The position numbers and the translations under genes were made by a program. The notes beneath the pieces are model-generated. The model was not told where the DNA came from and ran no database searches. It was given only the letters and a program-made list of their open reading frames with translations. Shown here piece after piece: positions 37,685-47,586 of a DNA stretch of 64,000 bases. Within the stretch, counting starts at the first letter, position 1. Each line of letters begins with the position of its first letter. The DNA comes from Bacteroidota bacterium (GTDB lineage: Bacteria; Bacteroidota; Bacteroidia; Bacteroidales; UBA4417), in the NCBI GenBank assembly GCA_022711175.1, contig JAKLFM010000006.1, forward strand, positions 8,720 to 72,719. Direction: 5' to 3'.

Positions 37685-37791
37685 ATCCCGCCGGATAACC
37701 TTCTGTAAATGTCGCCCTTTTCAACAGTAAGCTGTCACAGGGCCGGATTAAATTTTTCGATACTTTTAATCCCTGAATTTAAAACCACATC

Positions 37792-38907
37792 ATGATGAAA
37801 CAACTTTGCTTCCTGGTTGTAATTGCTACAATCATTTTTTCGGGCTGCAGGCACAAGGAGCAGTCGGGGTACACGATTAACGGAACCATTGCCGGCGCCG
37901 ATTCGGGCTGGGTGCTGCTAAAAACACGCGACGGTTTCGACCTAAAAACGATTGATTCTGCTGCGATTAAGGACGGAAAATTTGTTCTGAACGGAGCAGT
38001 AACACTGCCTGAGATGCGTTTTGTTACGATAAAAGGAAAAGACGGTTATTTTGGATTTTTCATTGAAAATTCTGCCCTTACCATGACGCTTTATGCTGAC
38101 AGCCTCAGGCAATCGGTAGTTACCGGCTCAAAAACGCAGGATGTTCTTATGACCTACAAGAGCAAAGAAAAAAGCTTTGAGCAACTTATTGAAAATGAAT
38201 ATAATAAATATCGCGCAGCTTCCGATACAGGTGATACGGTTTCGGCAAAACGAGCACAGCAAAACTTCGATTCCATTCAGGAGTTACTCAATGATTACCA
38301 GAAGGATTTCATTCTTAAAAACGGTAACAGCATCGTAGCGCCTTATTTAACCATGCAGAATGCCTATATGTTTAATCTGCAGGATCTCGAAAAGATTGAC
38401 AAAGTTGTTGATACTTCTTTCTCCCGTTCTTCTTATGTAATTGACCTTAAAAAGCGCATTGGCACACTTATGGCTGTTGAACCCGGCAAAGCAGCTCCCG
38501 AATTTACCATGAAAGATACTGCCGGCATCCCGGTTTCGCTTTCATCGTTTAAAGGTAAGGTGTTGTTGATTGATTTCTGGGCATCGTGGTGCGGGCCATG
38601 CCGTCACGAAAACCCGAATGTGGTGGCAGCATACAGGCAATTTAAAGACAAAGGTTTTTATGTGCTGGGCGTTTCGCTCGACACTGACAAATCGAAATGG
38701 ATTGAAGCCATACATAAGGACGGACTCACCTGGACGCATGTAAGTGACCTGCAGGGATGGAAAAACGAAGTTTCCAACCTCTATGGCGTTATGGCTATTC
38801 CTTCAAATTTCCTGCTCGACAGGGATGGGAAGATTATAACTGCAGGCATCGAAGGCAAAGATTTACCCGCAAAAATAGCCGAAGCGCTTGCCCCGGCTGT
38901 AAAGTAG
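37792..38907 (+). CDS. DUF4369 plus TlpA-like thioredoxin-fold lipoprotein (thiol:disulfide oxidoreductase)
   Basis: 371 aa. It has a lipoprotein signal (IIFSGC) and a C-terminal redox motif, DFWASWCGPCR. Confidence 0.8.
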   Translation: MMKQLCFLVVIATIIFSGCRHKEQSGYTINGTIAGADSGWVLLKTRDGFDLKTIDSAAIKDGKFVLNGAVTLPEMRFVTIKGKDGYFGFFIENSALTMTLYADSLRQSVVTGSKTQDVLMTYKSKEKSFEQLIENEYNKYRAASDTGDTVSAKRAQQNFDSIQELLNDYQKDFILKNGNSIVAPYLTMQNAYMFNLQDLEKIDKVVDTSFSRSSYVIDLKKRIGTLMAVEPGKAAPEFTMKDTAGIPVSLSSFKGKVLLIDFWASWCGPCRHENPNVVAAYRQFKDKGFYVLGVSLDTDKSKWIEAIHKDGLTWTHVSDLQGWKNEVSNLYGVMAIPSNFLLDRDGKIITAGIEGKDLPAKIAEALAPAVK

Positions 38908-38966
38908 CAGTCTGATGAAAAAAACATCCCGGCAGCTTTCCTGCCGGGATGTTTTATTTTGGTCGG

Positions 38967-39827
38967 TTACTTTTTATCCTCTTCAACCTTTTTTTCGATG
39001 ATGATCACGCGCCTCTCGTTCTTCTCAGGACTTCGTTCTTCTACTTGTACCTCAACCTGTTTACGGCCGTCGGGATTTTCATACCTGTATTGCCTGTGGC
39101 GCTGCTGGGGGCGTGGTTCACCGGCACGGTCACGGTAAATGATAATTTCCTCATTTTTTAGATTCTCATCCTCATCCTCGTAAGTGATAATCACTTTTTT
39201 GCCGTTGCGTTTTTTATGGATGATAACCTTTTCGGGACGGCTATTTCCAATAAACGGCTCTATATCGCTACCCGGGAACTGCTCATAAAACAAACCGGGT
39301 AATTTCCTGCTGCCGAACGGGCAGCAACCGGGGCGGCATTTATTTCCAGGGTGCTTAAGTTGAAGTTCAAATTGTTGATCATCAGGGTTTCCGAACTGAT
39401 AATTCCAATTAAAATCCTGATGTTCTGATAGTTTCTTCTGAATGTCACCGTAGGTTCGTTGTAATCGCCGCACCAATGTGTCGAATTCAATGCTATCAGG
39501 GAAAAATGAAAAATGCTCATTGAAACCCGGCCATTCGAAATTAAGATTTCCGGGCATCCGATTATCCCGGTGGCGGGGAGGAGAATGCTGAAGATCTTTC
39601 TGTTCAAAGAAAGCATCAACATCAAAATCGCTGTATGCCTCAAAAGTAGTGTCGTATTGAATGGTTTCACCATTCACCTCTTTATTTATATGAATGGTAA
39701 TCAACGATTTATCACCCGTTGCGGCTTTTTCCTTTTCCTGTGCCATCACTGAAAGCCCTGAAAAAAGGAGTGACAGCAGAAAAATGAAAGGGATAAGGAT
39801 ACCCTTGAAGTTGATCGGACGTTTCAT
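38967..39827 (-). CDS. Hypothetical secreted protein with a highly charged C-terminus
   Basis: 286 aa with a signal peptide ending SVMAQ. No family was recognised. Confidence 0.5.
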   Translation of the reverse strand: MKRPINFKGILIPFIFLLSLLFSGLSVMAQEKEKAATGDKSLITIHINKEVNGETIQYDTTFEAYSDFDVDAFFEQKDLQHSPPRHRDNRMPGNLNFEWPGFNEHFSFFPDSIEFDTLVRRLQRTYGDIQKKLSEHQDFNWNYQFGNPDDQQFELQLKHPGNKCRPGCCPFGSRKLPGLFYEQFPGSDIEPFIGNSRPEKVIIHKKRNGKKVIITYEDEDENLKNEEIIIYRDRAGEPRPQQRHRQYRYENPDGRKQVEVQVEERSPEKNERRVIIIEKKVEEDKK

Positions 39828-40053
39828 TTCTGAGGAGTTGAGTTGAACATTTATGGTTTACAGTCATTCAAATTTATCACGAAATCAGGCAGATATGTGC
39901 TATCAAACGTTAAGAAGTGTTAATAAAGGTTAACAGCGTAAATACTGTTTCACCTTTTCTTCAAACTGCTTCAGGCTGATATCCTTCTTAAATTCGTTAC
40001 TTTTGAAAATTGCAACAGAGGACATTCTTGTTTATTCGTTCTTCATCAATCCT

Positions 40054-41313
40054 ATGAGCTTGTATTACACCGCGTTGGTGATTTTTATTATTACCTACAC
40101 CGGAATCATATTCACACGTCTGCCACGGATGAACATTGATCGTCCGTCGGCGGCCTTTTTTGGAGCAGTGGCTATGATACTGTTCGGGGTAATTGATTTT
40201 GATGAAGCGATACGGGCCATTGATTTCAATACCATTGCGTTGCTGCTCGGAATGATGATTGTGATTGCAACCCTTGAACTCGACGGTTTTTTCTCGTTCA
40301 TAGCCTCCAAAACCATGTCGTTGGCTAAAACGCCCTTCAGGTTGCTGGCGATCATTACATTTATTACAGGTATTGCCAGTGCATTCCTGGTAAATGACGC
40401 CGTGGTGCTGTTGTTCACACCGGTAATAATCCTGATTTGCCGGTCGTTGCGAACCAATCCGCTGCCATACCTTATTGCCGAAATACTGGCGTCAAATATC
40501 GGCTCAGCGATGACCATAACCGGGAATCCCCAAAATATGCTTATCGGGATTACTTCGGGCATAAAGTATAGCACTTTCCTGTGGCATTTGTTGCCGGTTT
40601 CGCTTATTGGGATGGTAATTGTAATAGTCGTTATTCGATGGATTTATCGCAAGGATTTGAAATTTAGCCCTTTACCGGAAGCCAATTTACCTGACGCAGG
40701 GAATGAGAGGTTTGAGTATAACTTCAAATCAATGCGCACATCGGTGCCTATTTTCCTGCTGGTGGTCATATTGTTTTTCATAAGCCACAGGATCGGGTTG
40801 TCAATCCCGGTGATTGCCCTGCTGGGAGGTTCATTGATAATGCTTTTGGGTAATATCAAACCTTCGTTGATCATAAGAAAAGTTGACTGGGTGCTGCTGC
40901 TTTTCTTTGCTTCACTCTTCATCGTGGTACGAGGCATTGAGAAGGTTGGAATTATGGATACGCTGGTTCACGGCATTGCAATGCAGGCCGATACTGCAGG
41001 CCTGGCAACCATTCACATCACTAGCCTCGTATTGTCGCAGGTGGTTAGTAATGTGCCATTTACCATTGTGATGCTGCCTGTGATGAAAGACGTAAATTCC
41101 GAAATGCTTTGGCTGGCTCTCGCTTCAGCCTCAACGCTGGCGGGAAATGCGACCATCATCGGAGCCATGGCCAATCTCATTGTTATTGAATCGGCCGGCA
41201 GTAAAGGCGTGAGAATAAAGTTTATGGAATTTCTTAAAACCGGAATTATCGTAACGTTGCTCACCCTTGCGCTGTCGTTTGTTATCCTTTACCTCAAATT
41301 CATGATAAACTGA
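40054..41313 (+). CDS. ArsB/NhaD-superfamily anion permease (CitMHS-like)
   Basis: About 419-aa polytopic membrane protein from the ATG at 40054; the ORF-track start at 40003 is TTG. The motif ASNIGSAMTITGNPQN is characteristic of the ArsB/NhaD permease fold. Confidence 0.75.
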   Translation: MSLYYTALVIFIITYTGIIFTRLPRMNIDRPSAAFFGAVAMILFGVIDFDEAIRAIDFNTIALLLGMMIVIATLELDGFFSFIASKTMSLAKTPFRLLAIITFITGIASAFLVNDAVVLLFTPVIILICRSLRTNPLPYLIAEILASNIGSAMTITGNPQNMLIGITSGIKYSTFLWHLLPVSLIGMVIVIVVIRWIYRKDLKFSPLPEANLPDAGNERFEYNFKSMRTSVPIFLLVVILFFISHRIGLSIPVIALLGGSLIMLLGNIKPSLIIRKVDWVLLLFFASLFIVVRGIEKVGIMDTLVHGIAMQADTAGLATIHITSLVLSQVVSNVPFTIVMLPVMKDVNSEMLWLALASASTLAGNATIIGAMANLIVIESAGSKGVRIKFMEFLKTGIIVTLLTLALSFVILYLKFMIN

Positions 41314-41407
41314 CAAAGAGAGGATTGCGGATGCAGGGAGTAAAAACTCAGTGGCAGATTACAAGAGATTAATTTTTCTAAATTTGGCAAAAATCAACAT
41401 CATCAAT

Positions 41408-43390
41408 ATGTCAGACCACGAAACCGGCCCAATCAAAGGGCTTCCCGAGAACGCTTACAAAGAGCTGAAAGAAGGCGAAAGCTATGAACCTATTATGTCG
41501 CCGCATAAGGTGTATTCCGAAGTGAACACCTGGAGTGTGTTATGGGGAATTGTCATGGCCGTTATTTTTTCAGCCGCTGCGGCTTACCTCGGTTTGAAGA
41601 TTGGCCAGGTTTTTGAAGCGGCGATTCCCATTGCAATAATTGCTGTCGGGCTTTCAACGGTGTTCAACCGAAAAGGCGCGCTGGGCGAAAACGTGATCAT
41701 CCAGAGCATAGGTGCCAGTTCAGGGGTAATAGTGGCAGGTGCAATATTCACCTTACCGGCGCTTTACATTCTCAATCTCGAAGCGCAGTTTTACCAGGTA
41801 TTTCTCTCCTCGTTGCTGGGTGGTTTTCTGGGGATATTGTTCCTGATTCCTTTCCGCAAGTATTTTGTAAGCGAAATGCATGGGAAGTACCCTTTTCCTG
41901 AAGCCACTGCCACCACCGAAGTGCTCGTTTCGGGCGCCAAAGGCGGCAGCCAGGCCAGGTTGCTGCTCGTAGCCGGGCTTATCGGAGGTGTTTATGATTT
42001 TGTTATTGCAACTTTCGGCTGGTGGGCCGAAGTGTTTACAACCCGTGTTATCCCTGTCGGACAAATGATCGCCGACAAAGCCAAGATCGTGTTCAAACTA
42101 AATGTTGGCGCTGCTGTTGTGGGCCTTGGCTATATTATCGGGCTCAAATATGCTGCCATTATTTGTGCAGGCTCCTTTGTCGGCTGGTATGTTATCATTC
42201 CCATAATTAACTATTTTGCTGACGGACAAACCATTGCAATTGGCACCAATATCACTTCCCTCATAGGCCAGATGACGGCCGAACAGATCTTCACCGCCTA
42301 TGTTCGCCCGATTGGAATCGGCGGGATAGCCATGGCCGGTATTATTGGCATCATCAAATCGAGCAAGATCATTAAATCAGCGGTATCGCTGGCAGGGAAA
42401 GAAATCTTCGGTAAACATGAAGGGACAAAAACCAATATCCGTACCCAGCGCGATCTGCCAATGGCTATTATTGCCGGCGGCATTCTCCTTACTGCACTCG
42501 TCATTTTTATATTCTTCCAGTTTGGCGTGGTTCACAACCTTACTCATGCTTTCGTGGGCCTTGCCATTGTTATGATCATTGCTTTTCTTTTCACCACAGT
42601 TGCGGCCAATGCCATTGCCATTGTTGGCACAAACCCGGTAAGCGGCATGACCCTGATGACGCTGATCATTTCATCGCTCATACTGGTTTCAGTCGGACTC
42701 AAAGGCACTTCGGGGATGATTGCCGCTCTGGTTATCGGTGGCGTTGTTTGCACTGCACTCTCGATGGCCGGTGGCTTTATAACCGACCTTAAAATCGGCT
42801 ATTGGTTAGGTTCATCGCCTTATAAACAGCAAACCTGGAAATTCCTTGGAACATTTGTATCGGCCATCACTGTTGGTGGTGTGATTATGGTGCTGAACAA
42901 AACCTACGGTTTTACCGGCGAAAATGCCATGGTTGCGCCACAGGCAAATGCTATGGCTGCTGTTATTGGCCCGATGATGAGCGGACAGCCGGCTCCCTGG
43001 ATGCTGTATGCAGCAGGAGCTTTTCTTTCGCTTATACTTACCATGATCGGTGTTCCGGCACTGGCATTTTCACTCGGAATGTTCATTCCGCTGCAATTAA
43101 ATACTCCATTATTGCTGGGCGGTATCATTGCTCATTTTGTAGGTAACCGCAGCAAGGATGAGAAACTCAACCAGGCCCGCCGTGAACGCGGCACGCTTAT
43201 CGCTTCGGGGTTCATTGCCGGCGGTGCGCTTATGGGTGTTATCAGTGCTATACTTGCCAACTTCGGTATTAATTTCGTGAATAAGGAATGGTTCGAATCG
43301 CACTCGGCCGAAGCCCTTGCCCTGCTGATGCTCATTGTGCTTTGCAGCTATTTTATCTGGGAAAGCCTTAGGGCAAAAAAGGAGGAATAG
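41408..43390 (+). CDS. OPT-family oligopeptide transporter
   Basis: About 660 aa with 14 or more TM segments and typical OPT sequence (ELKEGESYEP, FPEATATTEVL). I start it at the ATG at 41408; the ORF-track start at 41351 is GTG. Confidence 0.85.
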   Translation: MSDHETGPIKGLPENAYKELKEGESYEPIMSPHKVYSEVNTWSVLWGIVMAVIFSAAAAYLGLKIGQVFEAAIPIAIIAVGLSTVFNRKGALGENVIIQSIGASSGVIVAGAIFTLPALYILNLEAQFYQVFLSSLLGGFLGILFLIPFRKYFVSEMHGKYPFPEATATTEVLVSGAKGGSQARLLLVAGLIGGVYDFVIATFGWWAEVFTTRVIPVGQMIADKAKIVFKLNVGAAVVGLGYIIGLKYAAIICAGSFVGWYVIIPIINYFADGQTIAIGTNITSLIGQMTAEQIFTAYVRPIGIGGIAMAGIIGIIKSSKIIKSAVSLAGKEIFGKHEGTKTNIRTQRDLPMAIIAGGILLTALVIFIFFQFGVVHNLTHAFVGLAIVMIIAFLFTTVAANAIAIVGTNPVSGMTLMTLIISSLILVSVGLKGTSGMIAALVIGGVVCTALSMAGGFITDLKIGYWLGSSPYKQQTWKFLGTFVSAITVGGVIMVLNKTYGFTGENAMVAPQANAMAAVIGPMMSGQPAPWMLYAAGAFLSLILTMIGVPALAFSLGMFIPLQLNTPLLLGGIIAHFVGNRSKDEKLNQARRERGTLIASGFIAGGALMGVISAILANFGINFVNKEWFESHSAEALALLMLIVLCSYFIWESLRAKKEE

Positions 43391-43431
43391 ATATCAAATC
43401 CTTACATCTTGAAATCTTAAACTTAACGACT

Positions 43432-44664
43432 ATGAAACAGCAAATCCTTGAACGTTTCCTTCGCTATATAAGCATTGATACCCAAAGCGACGAATCATCC
43501 ACAACTTTCCCCAGTACATCGAAGCAGTTTGATCTGCTGAAATTATTGCGCGATGAACTGCTGTCATTCGGGTTGAAGGATGTAACCCTTGATGAGTTTG
43601 GCTATGTTATGGCTACATTGCCCGCCAATACTACAAAACATGTGCCTGTCATAGGATTTATAGCCCATGTTGATACAGCTCCCGATATGAGCGGAGCAAA
43701 TATCAAACCAAGGCTGGTCGAAAAGTACGACGGTTCAGAAGTCATATTAAACAGTGAGCTGAACATTGTGCTTTCGCCGCATGATTTTCCGGAAATGAAG
43801 GATTATTCCGGTCAAACACTCATTGTTACCGACGGTACAACGCTTTTGGGTGCCGACGATAAAGCCGGTGTTACTGAAATTATGGCTGCTGTTGAGTACC
43901 TTGTCAATCATCCTGAGATCGAGCATGGAACGATAAAAATTGGCTTCACACCTGATGAGGAAATAGGCCGGGGTGTTGATAAATTTGAGGTTGAGCGGTT
44001 CGGTGCCGATTTTGCTTACACCATGGATGGCGGAGGTGTTGGCGAGCTTGAATATGAAAACTTTAATGCCGCCGGCGCAAAAGTTTTTATCCAGGGCCGG
44101 AATATACATCCCGGGTACGCAAAAAACAAAATGAAGAATGCTATCCTTATAGCAATGGAATTCAATGCATTGCTTCCTGTGAATGAGCGGCCTGAATTCA
44201 CACAGGATTATGAAGGATTTTACCATGTGGTGAGAACCGAAGGTACGGTTGAACATGCTATGCTTCAGTATATTATTCGGGACCACGACAGGCAGAAGTT
44301 TGAGCAGAAAAAGGAGACGTTTAAGAACTGCATTAACTATATGAACCAACGGTACGGTAATGATACCTTCAAACTCGAGCTTAAAGATCAGTACTTTAAC
44401 ATGCGCGAACAAGTGGAGCCGGTATATCATATTGTTGAAACAGCCCGACAGGCAATGGTTGAACTAGGAATTGAGCCCAGGGTTGTACCAATACGCGGCG
44501 GTACTGATGGTGCAAGACTGTCGTACATGGGATTGCCCTGCCCGAATATTTTTGCCGGTGGGCATAATTTTCACGGCAAGCTGGAGTATGTTCCGCTTGA
44601 GTCAATGGTAAAAGCAACCGAGGTGATTCTAAAAATATCAGAACTCTATGTAAAGAAAGCCTGA
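43432..44664 (+). CDS. pepT: Peptidase T (tripeptide aminopeptidase, M20B)
   Basis: 410 aa. It has FLRYISIDTQSD, IAHVDTAPD, GADDKAG and PDEEIGRG, a typical PepT motif set. Confidence 0.9.
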   Translation: MKQQILERFLRYISIDTQSDESSTTFPSTSKQFDLLKLLRDELLSFGLKDVTLDEFGYVMATLPANTTKHVPVIGFIAHVDTAPDMSGANIKPRLVEKYDGSEVILNSELNIVLSPHDFPEMKDYSGQTLIVTDGTTLLGADDKAGVTEIMAAVEYLVNHPEIEHGTIKIGFTPDEEIGRGVDKFEVERFGADFAYTMDGGGVGELEYENFNAAGAKVFIQGRNIHPGYAKNKMKNAILIAMEFNALLPVNERPEFTQDYEGFYHVVRTEGTVEHAMLQYIIRDHDRQKFEQKKETFKNCINYMNQRYGNDTFKLELKDQYFNMREQVEPVYHIVETARQAMVELGIEPRVVPIRGGTDGARLSYMGLPCPNIFAGGHNFHGKLEYVPLESMVKATEVILKISELYVKKA

Positions 44665-44691
44665 TGGTTGCTCCCCGGATTACGAGGATTG

Positions 44692-45576
44692 TTAGTCCTC
44701 TCGCTTTTGATATACCCTTATCCAGTCAATTTCCATCTGGTTGGGAATCACTGTTTTCTCGTCCGGCGCCTTGGTAAACGGCGTTGTATTTGTGCCCACT
44801 GCCAGGTTTACGATAATTTTCAGCTTTTCTCCATCAGGAGGCCATGCCTGCTGAATTTTATATTTTCCGGCTGCGATTTCACAATCCTTCAGCGTTTTGC
44901 CCCGCTTGTTCAAATACCGGCTTATTCGCCAGACTTCAAGACTGTCAACCCCGATGCGTATGAAGTTCTCATCCCAATCCATTGAGAAAATATGAAAACC
45001 GTCAGAAAGGTCGGTTCGTGTGCGCAGGCCTTTGTCAAAGCTGTTCCCGTTTTTCCACGTTTTAATTCCCATATGGAGATGCCTCGGTCTCTGCATTCCG
45101 GCTTCTAAAACATCAATTTCGGTAGCTTTTTCGCCAAACATCCAGAATGCAGGCCAAAATCCCATTCCATTGGGAAGTTTGCATCGGATTTCGTAACGGC
45201 CATGACCAAATGCTTCTTTTGAATGAATCATTCCCGAAGTGTATTCTCTTGAGGCATCAAACCATGTGGCCTGCTCACGGCGGGCATACAATTTAAGGGT
45301 TCCTCCGCCGGGTTCAACATTGGCATCCATGTACACCTGGCCCTCGTTGCCATGAGTGCGGCAAAAATCGCAATTGTCGCTGCCGTCGTTTGAATAAGGA
45401 TACCATGTCACCCATTTTGTTCGGTCGAGACTACGGTCGTTAAGTTCATCCGAAAAGATGAGCCTCCAGCCACCCTTGTTGCAAAGATTCATCGCAGGAA
45501 GTGTTGTGTCGCGCTGGCCAAAGGCTGTGACTGCCTGAGAAACCGTAAGGAGCAAAATAATGGTGAGTTGTTTCAT
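44692..45576 (-). CDS. Glycoside hydrolase family 16 (beta-glucanase/laminarinase-like), secreted
   Basis: 294 aa with a signal peptide. The GH16 catalytic motif ExDxxE is present as EIDVLE, along with WPAFWM. Confidence 0.8.
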   Translation of the reverse strand: MKQLTIILLLTVSQAVTAFGQRDTTLPAMNLCNKGGWRLIFSDELNDRSLDRTKWVTWYPYSNDGSDNCDFCRTHGNEGQVYMDANVEPGGGTLKLYARREQATWFDASREYTSGMIHSKEAFGHGRYEIRCKLPNGMGFWPAFWMFGEKATEIDVLEAGMQRPRHLHMGIKTWKNGNSFDKGLRTRTDLSDGFHIFSMDWDENFIRIGVDSLEVWRISRYLNKRGKTLKDCEIAAGKYKIQQAWPPDGEKLKIIVNLAVGTNTTPFTKAPDEKTVIPNQMEIDWIRVYQKRED

Positions 45577-45681
45577 CTGAAAACAGGGAATGATTTCTTC
45601 AAATATACAATTTCGTGCTGTTGAAGAAAAACCATCACAGCAGCAAAAAACATCAAACCGGATAGTATTATCAGACTGCTG

Positions 45682-47406
45682 TCAGAGAAACAAACCCATT
45701 GTCAGGTTAAGCCTCATCACCATCCCGATATGCCATTCTTCACGGTTATCCAGATAACCATGACTGAAGGAAAAATCGTCGAGGTTATAGGAAGTATTAT
45801 CTAATGAGAATTTTCCGTAGGATGCTCCCAGCGAGAAGTTAATATCCAGGCCAACTGCCTTACCTGCCGAAAATTGACCAATATTAAATGCCAGCTGATA
45901 GTATGTATCTGTTGGGTTAAATAATACCGCCGTCTGGGTTAAACCCGTTGAAAGGCTGGTGACATCGCTGGTAATATCCGACAGTTTCCTGCTTGAGTAA
46001 CCAAACTGTGGTCCGAAATAGGTTGTGGAACTTTTCTTGCTGAAGACGTCCGGGCTAAAACGAAATGATATATCAATCTGCTGGCCGCTCCAGTAATATT
46101 TGTCGCTCGAATTGTCTTCCACTTCCTTGAAAAACATGTCTGTCCAGGCGTACAAGTTTTTACGAACTTCCATATAAGAGCCCAGCAACATAAATTTACC
46201 GGCTGATATTCCGGCAACACCGCCGTAGTCGCGGTAATTTTTATGACCAATAAACCTCAGCGGGTAGGTTCCAAGGTAAAGGTGAACACCACCGCCGGCC
46301 GATCGTAAAGCACTTTTTGCTGCTTGTTGATTGCATTTCAAGGCTTTATGGCTAAAGATTTCAGCCTGGCCGGTATTCCCAAGGTTGCTGTATAAACCCG
46401 ACAGTTTTTCCAACTCGCCGCAATTGAGAGTAGATGAAGCTGCAAGCATATCACATGCCCGGCCTTTAAGGGTGCGGCTGCTGTATTCACCCGACGAAGC
46501 AAGTTCGAACAGGAAGTCCTTATTTCTGTTTCCTGCATCCAGCGTTCTCTGGTAAGCCTTGGCAGCCAGTTCTTTATCGCCGGCCTTAACAAGCAGTGAT
46601 GCGGCTCTTGAGAATGCAGTTGCAGCATCACCGCTCGAAGCGTTCCTGTCAAAAGCATCGGTAAGGTAATTCCACCCCTTTTTGTAATTTGCGTTAAATG
46701 AATCGACCAGTTTTTTGTCATCACTGTTTAGATTATTATATCCGGCCATCATATTCAGCGACTGCTCCACCATTTCATTGTCAAACTGCCCGAGTTTGGA
46801 TTTCGTGCTGAGCAGGAAATTAAACGAAAGCATCTTCAGAAATGCGTCACCGGTTAAAATTACCGCCTGCCTGCTGCTTTCGATGGCCAGGTCATAATTG
46901 TTTTGTTTTACAGCGCCTTCGGCAAGCGCTGTGTAAAACTGGCCCCGCGTATAGCTGAAATCTTCGTACTTAATGATGTAATTTTTACTCTCGAACTTAT
47001 ATCGCAACGGAAAGTATGAAGAACCCGACTGATCAAAGAACTCCTTGCAGGTTGCAAGCAGTTCCATCATGCGGCTGTTATGCCCATATATACCATATAA
47101 AAATCCGTTCTGGTACCTCAGGTTATTTGAGAAGTACCTGACTACTTTCAATTGGTCATCCGTTTCAGGATCAACAATGCCTGAGAGTATTGCCAAGCTT
47201 TCGTTAATGCGGTTTTCAACCCGTTTTAAATCAGGCTGTGTTCGTTGTGTATTAAACTGTAATAGATCTACCTCAGCTTTTATTTCGTTGTAGATTTTAA
47301 CCGCGTTCTCTATTTTCAAATCATTTTCAGTGGACACCTGAGCTTTAATCTGAGTGGTGAAACAGATGAAAATTGATGTGATAAAGAATGTAAAATGTGA
47401 TCTCAT
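45682..47406 (-). CDS. Hypothetical secreted protein (helical-repeat N-terminal half, beta-rich C-terminal half)
   Basis: 574 aa with a signal peptide ending IKAQ. The N-terminal half is TPR-like by composition. The C-terminal half has alternating patterns and ends in ...LTMGLFL. No family was recognised. Confidence 0.5.
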   Translation of the reverse strand: MRSHFTFFITSIFICFTTQIKAQVSTENDLKIENAVKIYNEIKAEVDLLQFNTQRTQPDLKRVENRINESLAILSGIVDPETDDQLKVVRYFSNNLRYQNGFLYGIYGHNSRMMELLATCKEFFDQSGSSYFPLRYKFESKNYIIKYEDFSYTRGQFYTALAEGAVKQNNYDLAIESSRQAVILTGDAFLKMLSFNFLLSTKSKLGQFDNEMVEQSLNMMAGYNNLNSDDKKLVDSFNANYKKGWNYLTDAFDRNASSGDAATAFSRAASLLVKAGDKELAAKAYQRTLDAGNRNKDFLFELASSGEYSSRTLKGRACDMLAASSTLNCGELEKLSGLYSNLGNTGQAEIFSHKALKCNQQAAKSALRSAGGGVHLYLGTYPLRFIGHKNYRDYGGVAGISAGKFMLLGSYMEVRKNLYAWTDMFFKEVEDNSSDKYYWSGQQIDISFRFSPDVFSKKSSTTYFGPQFGYSSRKLSDITSDVTSLSTGLTQTAVLFNPTDTYYQLAFNIGQFSAGKAVGLDINFSLGASYGKFSLDNTSYNLDDFSFSHGYLDNREEWHIGMVMRLNLTMGLFL

Positions 47407-47586
47407 AATGGCTGGTGTTTGTTGGTAGATTTTTGATGAAATAGAACATGCCTGCAGTCGGAATGTTCAGACTTTTACCTGAATAATGAGCCAATCATAC
47501 TTACAGATGCAGGTATTTCGATATTTCGCTTGATACTTCAATGCAAATTGTTCTAACTTTGAAGAGTATAATCAAATATTTCTTCT